DNA of 40,000 bases, from the NCBI RefSeq assembly GCF_030812995.1, contig NZ_JAUSTT010000001.1, positions 182,396-222,395 of the forward strand, read 5' to 3'. The notes under the pieces are model-generated. The model did no database searches, had not been told where the DNA came from, and saw nothing but the letters and a program-made list of their open reading frames with translations. This DNA is from Bacillus chungangensis (GTDB lineage: Bacteria > Bacillota > Bacilli > Bacillales > Bacillaceae_C). Position 1 is the stretch's first letter, and each line of letters begins with the position of its first letter. Shown one piece after another: positions 10,492 to 17,097 of the stretch. The translations under genes were made by a program, and so were the position numbers.

Positions 10492-11034
10492 CTAGAGAGA
10501 GACCAAAGCACTTACTGTTAATTCCCCGAGATATCGTCCTAAATTTGTATCATATCCAGGTGTGATTGGTGCTGTTACTGTTGCGTCTACTACAATTCGC
10601 GCACTATTGCCAACTAATACCCCAGCTGCAATTAAAGCTTCTCCTACAGCAATTTCAACGTTCTGAGGGTTTCCGTCATTTGAATCTGTAAATAATGGGA
10701 TACTTAGTACAACCACTCCGAGTATATTTATAATTTCTAGCGTAGCAGTTACTGTTGCAGTTTCATTTGCTGCAAATGCATATGTGGCACTAACTGGCAA
10801 CACTACACTAAGAATTGGAAGTCCTGGGACTGCAAAAGTACTTCGGAACGTAACCGTTTGCCCTGATGCATTATTTGGCGACCAAATATAATTGTTGTTC
10901 CCATCTATTGCAGGTGATGTTAATGCTGGTGGTTGAAAAACAGCGGGTGTAGGAAGCGTTCCTGGTGCCGCAGCAGTGTCAGCGATGACTAAAGTATTCG
11001 TTGGCGTTGTAAATTCTTGTAAAACTATAGGCAT
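10492..11034 (-). CDS. Hypothetical acidic Thr/Ala/Val/Pro-rich protein, possibly a beta-sandwich spore-surface type (DUF3992/BxpB-like by composition only)
   Basis: 180-aa ORF with a strong RBS (AGGAGG 8 nt before the ATG) and its own terminator. It has no Lys, Cys or His and no internal Met, and no signal peptide or TM helix. The style of the C-terminal half resembles exosporium/appendage proteins, recalled from memory rather than searched. Confidence 0.75.
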   Translation of the reverse strand: MPIVLQEFTTPTNTLVIADTAAAPGTLPTPAVFQPPALTSPAIDGNNNYIWSPNNASGQTVTFRSTFAVPGLPILSVVLPVSATYAFAANETATVTATLEIINILGVVVLSIPLFTDSNDGNPQNVEIAVGEALIAAGVLVGNSARIVVDATVTAPITPGYDTNLGRYLGELTVSALVSL

Positions 11035-11321
11035 AAAAATGACCTCCTAACACTAAATTATTTGTCAATGTTAGTTGACGATAATATATTATGGTTTTCA
11101 AGTACTTTTGATTGGACAAACAGTATGGGAAAAACGAATATTTTTGATAGATGAAGAAAATAGGAGGTTCTTTCAGATAAAGAAGTATTTTAAATTTAAA
11201 TTAACTGCTGTGTGTTGCACCCTTATCACACAGATGAGGAGGCTGCTGTTTGATTCATTATGTTTACTTGTGTTCTCTTATTAACGTCAAAGATTACTTC
11301 TTAAATCTTTTTAGGAAAAAC

Positions 11322-11382
11322 GCCAGTCTTAACCGGAATTCTTTCTGAAGTATTCGGTTAGCTGGCTTTTTTTTCTTTTTTT
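11322..11382 (+). terminator. Orphan plus-strand terminator-like hairpin
   Basis: gccag-tct-taaccg ... cggtta-gctggc followed by a T-run of 8 or more. No convincing upstream plus-strand gene; the 69-aa track ORF 11075..11284 has no good RBS. Confidence 0.5.
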
Positions 11383-11613
11383 GATGAAAGTCTCTTTGGC
11401 GTCGCACCTTTCATTATTAATCCAATACACAAAAAATTAGTAACTCTCTTTTAAAGGTCTAAAAAATACTTAAAAAACACATGATCATACATAAAGAAGA
11501 TTTTTAAAAAGTTGACAAGCTAATAAATGGAACGATCCCAATACCGGATGAAACCTTTGAAAAGCATCTATTAACTATAAGGTTAAAAATATTGTTCTAC
11601 AAAATGATGACAA

Positions 11614-11844
11614 AATAAAGTGAAACTTCCATCAGTGGGGGTTTTCTCTCCCCCCCCCACTGATAAGAAGTAGAACAAAGGCTAAGATCGCAACGTCCTG
11701 TTGCAACGCCTTTGTGACCGACATCCTGTCGGCCCGAACCAATCGGACATTTACTAGCAGTTATCCCCCACCTAGACTTCTTTTCTTTGATTCCTCTTAC
11801 TCCCCGAGGTGGGGGTCTTACTGCCAGTTAGATGTGGGATAAAC
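11614..11844 (+). repeat. Structured repeat copy R2 (231 bp)
   Basis: Direct repeat of R1 in the same orientation. The first ~114 nt differ from R1 only by one substitution and the AT versus CCC change inside the C-tract. Confidence 0.9.
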
Positions 11845-11994
11845 CATCATTCAAGTTTGAAAAAATGTTTTACATAGGAAATGATTAGAGTTACCATACT
11901 TACATAAAAAAATGAAAGCCGTTATTTTTTACTTTAATTGTTTCCATCAGCCAAATTACTTGTCTTAACACAAGTTTTCTTGAGGAGGGCATCT

Positions 11995-13353
11995 ATGAAT
12001 GACAAAACCAAACAATCAAATGAAGTTAACGGATGGCTAAAACCCAGTTCAAGCATTAGCTTGGAAGAAGTAAATAACTCCGTTCGAATTCCCAAAAATG
12101 TGGGGTTCTGGCGAAAATTTTTTGCTTTTGCAGGACCGGGATCATTGGTTGCTGTTGGGTATGTCGATCCTGGAAACTGGGCCACTTCGATTGCTGGTGG
12201 TGCCCGATTTGGTTATACGCTGCTGTCTATCATTTTGATTTCTAATTTAATTGCTATGCTACTTCAAGCTTTAGCTGCTAAGCTTGGAATTGTGACAGGA
12301 CGGGATTTAGCACAGGCTACGCGAGATGCAACAGGTAAAAAAGCAGCGATGTTTCTTTGGATATTAACCGAGCTTGCGATTATCGCAACCGATCTTGCAG
12401 AAGTGATCGGTTCCGCTATCGCTTTGAATTTACTGTTTCAAATTCCTTTGCTGCTCGGTATTTTAATTACAACGCTTGATGTCTTGTTGTTACTTCTACT
12501 TCAGAAAAAAGGGTTTCGAATTATTGAATCAATTATTATCGTCCTCATGGCGACCATATTTGTTATTTTTACTTTTGAAGTCATTGTTTCGAAGCCGGAT
12601 GTATCGGCGTTATTTAGTGGCTATATCCCGAAGGCTGAAATCATTGCAAATCCCGAAATGTTATTTATTTCACTTGGAATTCTAGGAGCAACCGTTATGC
12701 CGCATAATCTTTATCTTCATTCGTCAATCGTGCAAACGCGGCAGTATAAACGCAACAAGGAAGGTAAAAAAGAGGCAGTTAAATTTTCTGTATTGGATTC
12801 AACCATTTCATTAGGGGGGGCATTCTTCATTAATTCTGCCATTTTGATACTAGGTGCCGCCGCTTTCCATGGAACAGGGTTGGATGTTTCCGAAATTGAA
12901 GGGGCTTATCGATTACTAAGCCCTACAGTAGGTGTCGGAATTGCAAGTACATTATTTGCTGTCGCATTACTTGCCTCTGGGCAAAACTCAACAATCACTG
13001 GGACAATCTCCGGGCAAATCGTGATGGAAGGATTTATCAATTTAAAAATTGCACCATGGCTTCGCCGTCTGATTACCCGTTTAATTGCTGTTATCCCTGC
13101 GTTTATTGTAACTTGGATAGCGGGTTCAAGAGGAACAGGAGATTTGCTTCTATGGAGCCAAGTGGTATTGAGCTTACAGCTTCCATTTGCAGTCGTTCCA
13201 CTGGTGATGTTTACAAATGATAAAAAGAAAATGGGCGAATTTGCAAACAGCTTATGGGTTAAAGTTCTAGCCTGGATTTGTACTGCTGTCATTATCATCT
13301 TGAATATTTTCTTAGTTGGATATATCATCGTGACAGGTCAAGACCTGGGCTAA
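11995..13353 (+). CDS. mntH: NRAMP-family divalent metal (Mn2+/Fe2+) proton symporter MntH
   Basis: ORF track 11938..13353. The preferred start is ATG 11995 (MNDKTKQSNE) with GAGGAGGG 5 nt upstream. NRAMP signature GPGSLVAVGYVDPGNWATSIAGG, multi-pass membrane protein. Confidence 0.93.
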   Translation: MNDKTKQSNEVNGWLKPSSSISLEEVNNSVRIPKNVGFWRKFFAFAGPGSLVAVGYVDPGNWATSIAGGARFGYTLLSIILISNLIAMLLQALAAKLGIVTGRDLAQATRDATGKKAAMFLWILTELAIIATDLAEVIGSAIALNLLFQIPLLLGILITTLDVLLLLLLQKKGFRIIESIIIVLMATIFVIFTFEVIVSKPDVSALFSGYIPKAEIIANPEMLFISLGILGATVMPHNLYLHSSIVQTRQYKRNKEGKKEAVKFSVLDSTISLGGAFFINSAILILGAAAFHGTGLDVSEIEGAYRLLSPTVGVGIASTLFAVALLASGQNSTITGTISGQIVMEGFINLKIAPWLRRLITRLIAVIPAFIVTWIAGSRGTGDLLLWSQVVLSLQLPFAVVPLVMFTNDKKKMGEFANSLWVKVLAWICTAVIIILNIFLVGYIIVTGQDLG

Positions 13354-13380
13354 CATACTGAATTAGAGAATTATAAAAAA

Positions 13381-13405
13381 AGCAGGGAATTCCCTGCTTT
13401 TTTTA
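13381..13405 (+). terminator. Rho-independent terminator of mntH (A-run upstream, so possibly bidirectional)
   Basis: agcaggg-aatt-ccctgct followed by TTTTTTT. Confidence 0.85.
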
Positions 13406-13446
13406 TACAGAAACATTTCCCATTCAACTTAAATATAGTATGAAAT

Positions 13447-13508
13447 AATAAATATTTATCGTTAAACGATAAATATTTATTGACTTAAAAGGTATTTCGG
13501 TTTATTGT
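13447..13508 (+). promoter_or_regulatory. 35-bp perfect palindrome (operator candidate) overlapping a sigmaA-type promoter
   Basis: aataaatatttatcgtt-a-aacgataaatatttatt (13447-13481). Promoter: TTGACT (13480-13485), 17 nt spacer, TATTGT (13503-13508), about 30 nt upstream of the 13541 ORF. Confidence 0.7.
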
Positions 13509-13540
13509 ATTGTTAGCTTGCTAAGAAAGGGAGATTTTTT

Positions 13541-14020
13541 ATGAAACAGAAAGAATTATCAGCGTGGTTAAAAATGATCATTGTTATTTGTGGATTTTTT
13601 GGTCTGTTGTTGTGCATATATATTGGTCCTGAAATTGGAAGGGAAATGTTACTAGACTCAAAAAATTTGCAGGTGCTGTATACGCCCTTTGTTGCATTTA
13701 TTTGGATTACAGGAATTCCATTTTTCATTGCCTTAGCATTAGGGTGGCAGATATGTTCGGATATTGGCTCTGATCAGGCTTTTACCATTAAAAATGCAAG
13801 TAGATTGAAGATAATAAGTGTTTTATCAATAATTGAAGGTGTTTTATACATTGGGGCATTACTTTATATTTTCGTAGTCGGAAGTTATTATATGAACATT
13901 TTATTTGTTTTTTTACTGATACTATTTTTCTCAGTCGTTATTTCCGTATTTACTTCCATGCTTTCTCATTTAGTTAGAAAAGCTAGTGAAATAAAGCAGG
14001 ATAACGATTTAACGATATGA
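13541..14020 (+). CDS. Multi-pass membrane protein (YoaS/DUF2975-like, usual partner of YozG-type regulators)
   Basis: 159 aa with about 4 hydrophobic helices and RBS AAAGGGAG. Lies immediately upstream of a YozG-like HTH gene. Confidence 0.75.
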   Translation: MKQKELSAWLKMIIVICGFFGLLLCIYIGPEIGREMLLDSKNLQVLYTPFVAFIWITGIPFFIALALGWQICSDIGSDQAFTIKNASRLKIISVLSIIEGVLYIGALLYIFVVGSYYMNILFVFLLILFFSVVISVFTSMLSHLVRKASEIKQDNDLTI

Positions 14021-14028
14021 GGTGTTGA

Positions 14029-14238
14029 ATGATGACTATCATAGTAAATCTTGATGTTATGTTGGCTAAAAGAAAAATGAGTGTTACAGAATTATCTGAA
14101 AAAATAGGGATTACAATGGCAAATGTATCAATTTTAAAAAATGGAAAAGCAAAAGCGATTAAATTTTCTACTTTAGAAAAAATTTGCGAAGTTCTAGAAT
14201 GTCAACCAGGTGATATTCTAGAATATCAAAAAAATTAG
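14029..14238 (+). CDS. yozG: XRE/Cro-family HTH transcriptional regulator, YozG-like
   Basis: 69 aa. LDVMLAKRKMSVTELSEKIGITMANVSILKNGKAKAIKFSTLEKICEVLECQPGDILEY matches the YozG family pattern recalled from B. subtilis. Confidence 0.85.
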   Translation: MMTIIVNLDVMLAKRKMSVTELSEKIGITMANVSILKNGKAKAIKFSTLEKICEVLECQPGDILEYQKN

Positions 14239-14267
14239 ATTAGGGTTAATTAAATGAAGGAGAGTAT

Positions 14268-14489
14268 ATGATGAAAAATAAATATCGATTAGCTTCCACA
14301 CCAATATTTTTAGGGGTTTTATGTTTAGTTATCTATAGTATGATTGGTGCAAGATTGGAACCAGACGGTACTTTGGTTGAACCTTTCTTCTTGATTCCAT
14401 TAAGTTATCTTTTTGTTTTTAGTGGGATTATTACATTATTGTTTGTGGCTATTATTTCGGTGTTCAATAAAAGCAAACATAAAAATTAA
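14268..14489 (+). CDS. Small two-TM membrane protein
   Basis: 73 aa with two hydrophobic segments, RBS GAAGGAG. Third gene of the operon. Confidence 0.65.
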   Translation: MMKNKYRLASTPIFLGVLCLVIYSMIGARLEPDGTLVEPFFLIPLSYLFVFSGIITLLFVAIISVFNKSKHKN

Positions 14490-14675
14490 GGTTATTGTCA
14501 CCTAAATAATAGTAAATAAATCAAAAAGGATAAAAAGCTGAGTGTGTATTAATAATTCATAGTTACGATAAAGGTCTCTGTCAAATAGAAGAAGACTTAG
14601 AAATGATACTACACGTTTTTTCTAGGGAAAGTAGAGATTATATAAAAAATGATAATGTAAAAATTGATTTTAAAT

Positions 14676-14702
14676 AGACGTCCCGTTGGGCGTCTTTTTT
14701 TA
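14676..14702 (+). terminator. Rho-independent terminator
   Basis: agacgtcc-cgtt-gggcgtct followed by TTTTTTTT. Confidence 0.75.
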
Positions 14703-14833
14703 AATTCTCGTCATAATATTTTCAGACAAGCCTAAAAGATATTTGTAGCTTTGAAATAAAGTTTAACCGTTTTACCCCTTTGAATATTTGATTATCTTAA
14801 TGGGGTAAACATCATCCTTGATTTTTATTTATG

Positions 14834-14867
14834 TTGAAAATTATAATGAAAATGATTATCATTATAA
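14834..14867 (+). promoter_or_regulatory. SigmaA-type promoter overlapped by a Fur-family (Fur/PerR-like) 7-1-7 box
   Basis: TTGAAA (14834-14839), 17 nt spacer, TATCAT (14857-14862). TGATTAT-C-ATTATAA (14853-14867) compares with the B. subtilis Fur 7-1-7 TGATAAT-N-ATTATCA and PerR TTATAAT-N-ATTATAA. Confidence 0.45.
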
Positions 14868-14934
14868 TCAGGATTAGTTGATGTAATACTTATGCTTATT
14901 TTTTTAGTAATGTTTGAAAGAATGGTGTTATAAG

Positions 14935-15007
14935 AAAAAACGCCCAAAACGTTGATAAATCAACATTTCAGACGTTTATTAAATCATTCTGTTTTGAGCG
15001 TTTTTTC
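14935..15007. terminator. Long bidirectional terminator-like hairpin flanking the tRNA remnant
   Basis: aacgcccaaaac (14939-14950) pairs with gttttgagcgtt (14991-15002) with one mismatch. There is an inner hairpin gttga-taaa-tcaac, an A-run upstream and a T-run downstream. Confidence 0.6.
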
Positions 15008-15015
15008 TTAAAATA

Positions 15016-15050
15016 CGTCCCAGGAGAGATTCGAACTCCCGACCGACCTG
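15016..15050 (-). pseudogene. tRNA 3'-end fragment (T-arm plus acceptor 3' strand), probable prophage attachment-site core
   Basis: Minus strand reads ...aggtcggtc GGGAG TTCGAAT CTCTC CTGGGAC G: T-stem, canonical T-loop and 7-nt acceptor strand. No matching 5' acceptor strand (GTCCCAG), D-arm or anticodon arm is seen upstream. Confidence 0.7.
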
Positions 15051-15264
15051 TAACGTGTTATGTGTTAACCGTTGATATAACGCTATTTGATACGCTCATT
15101 GATTCGGTCATTTACCGAACTTTCGACCGATTTCATTATAGCACGTCGTATTATAGAAGAAAAGCGTTAACGGTATTCGAATCTGTTTCCGTTATGTTAA
15201 ACTAAAAACCAAGGGTATTGTGAGGTTTAAGTAATTAAAATATCTTCGATGAGTAGGTGCTACT

Positions 15265-15594
15265 ATGGGTGTTAAGAAAGTTACTCTTGTTATTCGCAAT
15301 GGAGAAGCAATCGATATCCGAACATCTGATCTTATTAAATTTGAGATTTCCGTCTTAAAGGAAAATCATAAATTGATAAATGACGGGAAGATATTAATAG
15401 ATGAAATCGAAAGATTGTGCGATGAATTTCGGCTAGAAATGAAATATAATCCTAGCTTAGAACGAATGCTTCGAGATGACATCGAAAAAATTATCTTGCA
15501 CAGGCAAAAAGAAAAAACAATATATTGTATTGATTTCCGAGTACAACAACAAGCTGGTCATGACAATGTGCTGTGGGTGTCTGGGTGGCAATAA
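15265..15594 (+). CDS. Hypothetical prophage accessory protein (109 aa)
   Basis: ORF with AGGTG RBS and its own terminator at 15594-15620. No recognisable motifs. Confidence 0.6.
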   Translation: MGVKKVTLVIRNGEAIDIRTSDLIKFEISVLKENHKLINDGKILIDEIERLCDEFRLEMKYNPSLERMLRDDIEKIILHRQKEKTIYCIDFRVQQQAGHDNVLWVSGWQ

Positions 15595-15620
15595 CTCCTC
15601 TTTTTAGGGGAGTTTTTTGT
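15594..15620 (+). terminator. Rho-independent terminator
   Basis: actcctc-ttttta-ggggagt followed by TTTTTTG, starting at the stop codon of the 109-aa ORF. Confidence 0.7.
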
Positions 15621-15647
15621 TTGGGCAAAAATAATTTTAAAAAAGTC

Positions 15648-15682
15648 TTGCGTAGTATACTTAAGTTTAGTATACTTAAGTT
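15648..15682 (+). promoter_or_regulatory. Strong sigmaA-type promoter with a perfect 2 x 15-bp tandem repeat (operator candidate)
   Basis: TTGCGT (15648-15653), 17 nt spacer, TATACT (15671-15676). tagtatacttaagtt occurs at 15653-15667 and 15668-15682. Each unit contains the palindromes AGTATACT and CTTAAG. Confidence 0.75.
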
Positions 15683-15707
15683 AATCAAAACAAAGGGGGA
15701 AGTAACG

Positions 15708-16127
15708 ATGAAGAAAATCGTCATGACGAAGGCTTGGCAAATTGCCAGAAAAGGTTTTTCTAAATTTGGTGGAAAGATTAAAGATTATTTTGCAGAAGCT
15801 CTTCGCATGGCGTGGGCAATCGTGTTAAAGGGAATGGAAAGTAAGATTGGATTTTGTGAATTACCAAAAGGCATAAACGGTTCTTGCTACTTTGTTATAA
15901 ATGATGACAAAGGCATTCAAGTATCTCTTCTTTCAAAAGAAAAATCATGGAGAGGAAAAGAATATATCAAACGTAATCCAATTGAAAGATACAGAACTGG
16001 AAAGAATAAATTAACAGGCGCTCCAATCCGAATGTACCACTACGCTAAGAACTGTGGAGACATCGAAATTCGTCTTAATGATGAGGTTATTGTGATTGAA
16101 AACCACATCGATCCAAAATGGCTTTAA
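15708..16127 (+). CDS. Hypothetical prophage accessory protein (139 aa)
   Basis: The track ORF 15573..16127 runs through the terminator and promoter. The realistic start is ATG 15708 (MKKIVMTKAWQIARKGFSKFGGKIKDYFAEALRMAWAIV) with AAAGGGGGAAG RBS. This N-terminal helix motif recurs in small phage/plasmid proteins of unknown function (from memory). Confidence 0.7.
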   Translation: MKKIVMTKAWQIARKGFSKFGGKIKDYFAEALRMAWAIVLKGMESKIGFCELPKGINGSCYFVINDDKGIQVSLLSKEKSWRGKEYIKRNPIERYRTGKNKLTGAPIRMYHYAKNCGDIEIRLNDEVIVIENHIDPKWL

Positions 16128-16175
16128 TTATAGAGGGTTCTTCCCTCATACATATAAAAGGAGGAAATAAAAAAA

Positions 16176-16484
16176 ATGGCTGTAAAAGAATTATTTAAAG
16201 GGTTAGAAGATGCTCGCAAGGAATTTAACGGTTGGCAAGGGAATGCGGTTATTTTTATCGATTTTGAAGATATGTCAGCGTGGACACAAGTGTTTGATAT
16301 ACCGACCTATCACAGCGATTCGATCGTTACATTGATAAGCAAAGACGATCTTTACGGCAGAAATGACAGATACAATTATAGGGTTTTAGAAAAATTAGCT
16401 AAAGCTAAACACAAAGACTACAAAGAAGGCTTTGCACATTGGCAAATCGAAGATGATTATCGATACGCAGAAATATTCTACTAA
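16176..16484 (+). CDS. Hypothetical prophage accessory protein (102 aa, acidic)
   Basis: ORF with AAAGGAGG RBS, tightly spaced within the cassette. Confidence 0.65.
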   Translation: MAVKELFKGLEDARKEFNGWQGNAVIFIDFEDMSAWTQVFDIPTYHSDSIVTLISKDDLYGRNDRYNYRVLEKLAKAKHKDYKEGFAHWQIEDDYRYAEIFY

Positions 16485-16498
16485 GAAGGTGTTAAAAA

Positions 16499-17023
16499 AT
16501 GCAAGAAGCAAAACGAGCTATAGAATTTCTACTTTTTGAGTCAAATGTATCTAACTATAAAATATCCCAAGAGACGGGCATTAGCCAGCCTGTCCTTGCA
16601 AAATACTCGAAAGGTGTATCGGATATTGAAAATATGACGTTTGGCAATGCTATAAAACTGTACGATTGTTATTTGAAACTCAAGGGGGAAAAGGTGTTGG
16701 GTAATAAAGATAGAGACATGCTATTTGGAAAGTTATTTGCCACAGCAGATGTGTTTGGTAGTGGTGTTTTTGAAAAAGATAAATACTCTGTACAAAATAA
16801 ATACATGGAAAAATTTCAGAAAAAGCCGATGTCTACTTTTGTTAAAATCCATGAAGATTTGATGAATTACACGCACAAATTTGGGAGAAAAGAAGATATA
16901 TTGATGAAACAATTTGATGAAATAGTAGACGAGATAGGATTGGAATCTTATGACGACAGACCATTGGGAGATAAGTGGCTACTTGGTTTTTACAAGCAAA
17001 GGCATGATCTAGAGAATATTTAA
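16499..17023 (+). CDS. HTH (AcrIIA1-NTD/Aca-like) fused to a helical C-terminal domain resembling Cas8c C-terminus/Cas11c
   Basis: 174 aa, RBS GAAGGTG. The N-terminus NYKISQETGISQPVLAKYSKG is a clear HTH. The C-terminal motifs LFGKLFATADVF, KKPMSTFVKIHEDLMNYTHKF and WLLGFYKQRHDL parallel my recollection of the Csd1/Cas8c C-terminal consensus (..GRLFAvLE.., ..sAsatPa.vFp.Ll....hHl.KL.., ..FaLGYYHQR..). Not verified by search. Confidence 0.6.
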   Translation: MQEAKRAIEFLLFESNVSNYKISQETGISQPVLAKYSKGVSDIENMTFGNAIKLYDCYLKLKGEKVLGNKDRDMLFGKLFATADVFGSGVFEKDKYSVQNKYMEKFQKKPMSTFVKIHEDLMNYTHKFGRKEDILMKQFDEIVDEIGLESYDDRPLGDKWLLGFYKQRHDLENI

Positions 17024-17097
17024 ATTTAAGCATCTCCTCTCTGTGGGAAGGGCTATTTTTTAATTGACAAAAAATTTGAAAAAGGTAAAATTAAAGT

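Noticed and set aside
10070-10511. Track ORFs 10070..10318 and 10290..10511 (minus)
   Set aside because: They run through repeat copy R1 and through the terminator of the 180-aa gene. They have no RBS, and their frame is created by the repeat's C/G tracts.
11041-11110. SigmaK-type promoter (CATAATATA) upstream of the 180-aa gene
   Set aside because: The -10-like string is present on the minus strand, but I could not place the required AC -35 element at the right spacing. It is therefore not reported as a feature.
11938-11994. Upstream 19-codon extension of mntH in the ORF track
   Set aside because: A strong GAGGAGGG RBS sits immediately before the internal ATG at 11995. The extension has no RBS and encodes no NRAMP sequence.
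15016-15120. A complete tRNA gene at the prophage junction
   Set aside because: Only the T-arm and acceptor 3' strand are present. Hand inspection of the next ~100 nt on the minus strand finds no complementary 5' acceptor strand, D-arm or anticodon arm.
15653-15682. Tandem 15-bp repeat, or the R1/R2 repeats, as a CRISPR array
   Set aside because: There are only two abutting units with no spacers, and R1/R2 are about 230-280 bp and 1.3 kb apart. Neither has repeat-spacer periodicity, and no cas genes are present in the window.
15573-15707. N-terminal 45-codon extension of the 139-aa cassette protein, and minus-strand ORF 15491..15724
   Set aside because: The extension spans a terminator hairpin and the promoter/tandem repeat. 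The ATG at 15708 has the RBS. The minus ORF is an antisense artefact.
17024-17063. Terminator directly after the 174-aa gene (cctctc-tgtg-ggaagg plus a T-run)
   Set aside because: The stem has a mismatch and is only about 5 bp of real pairing. The strong hairpin at 17128-17167 is the more credible cassette terminator.
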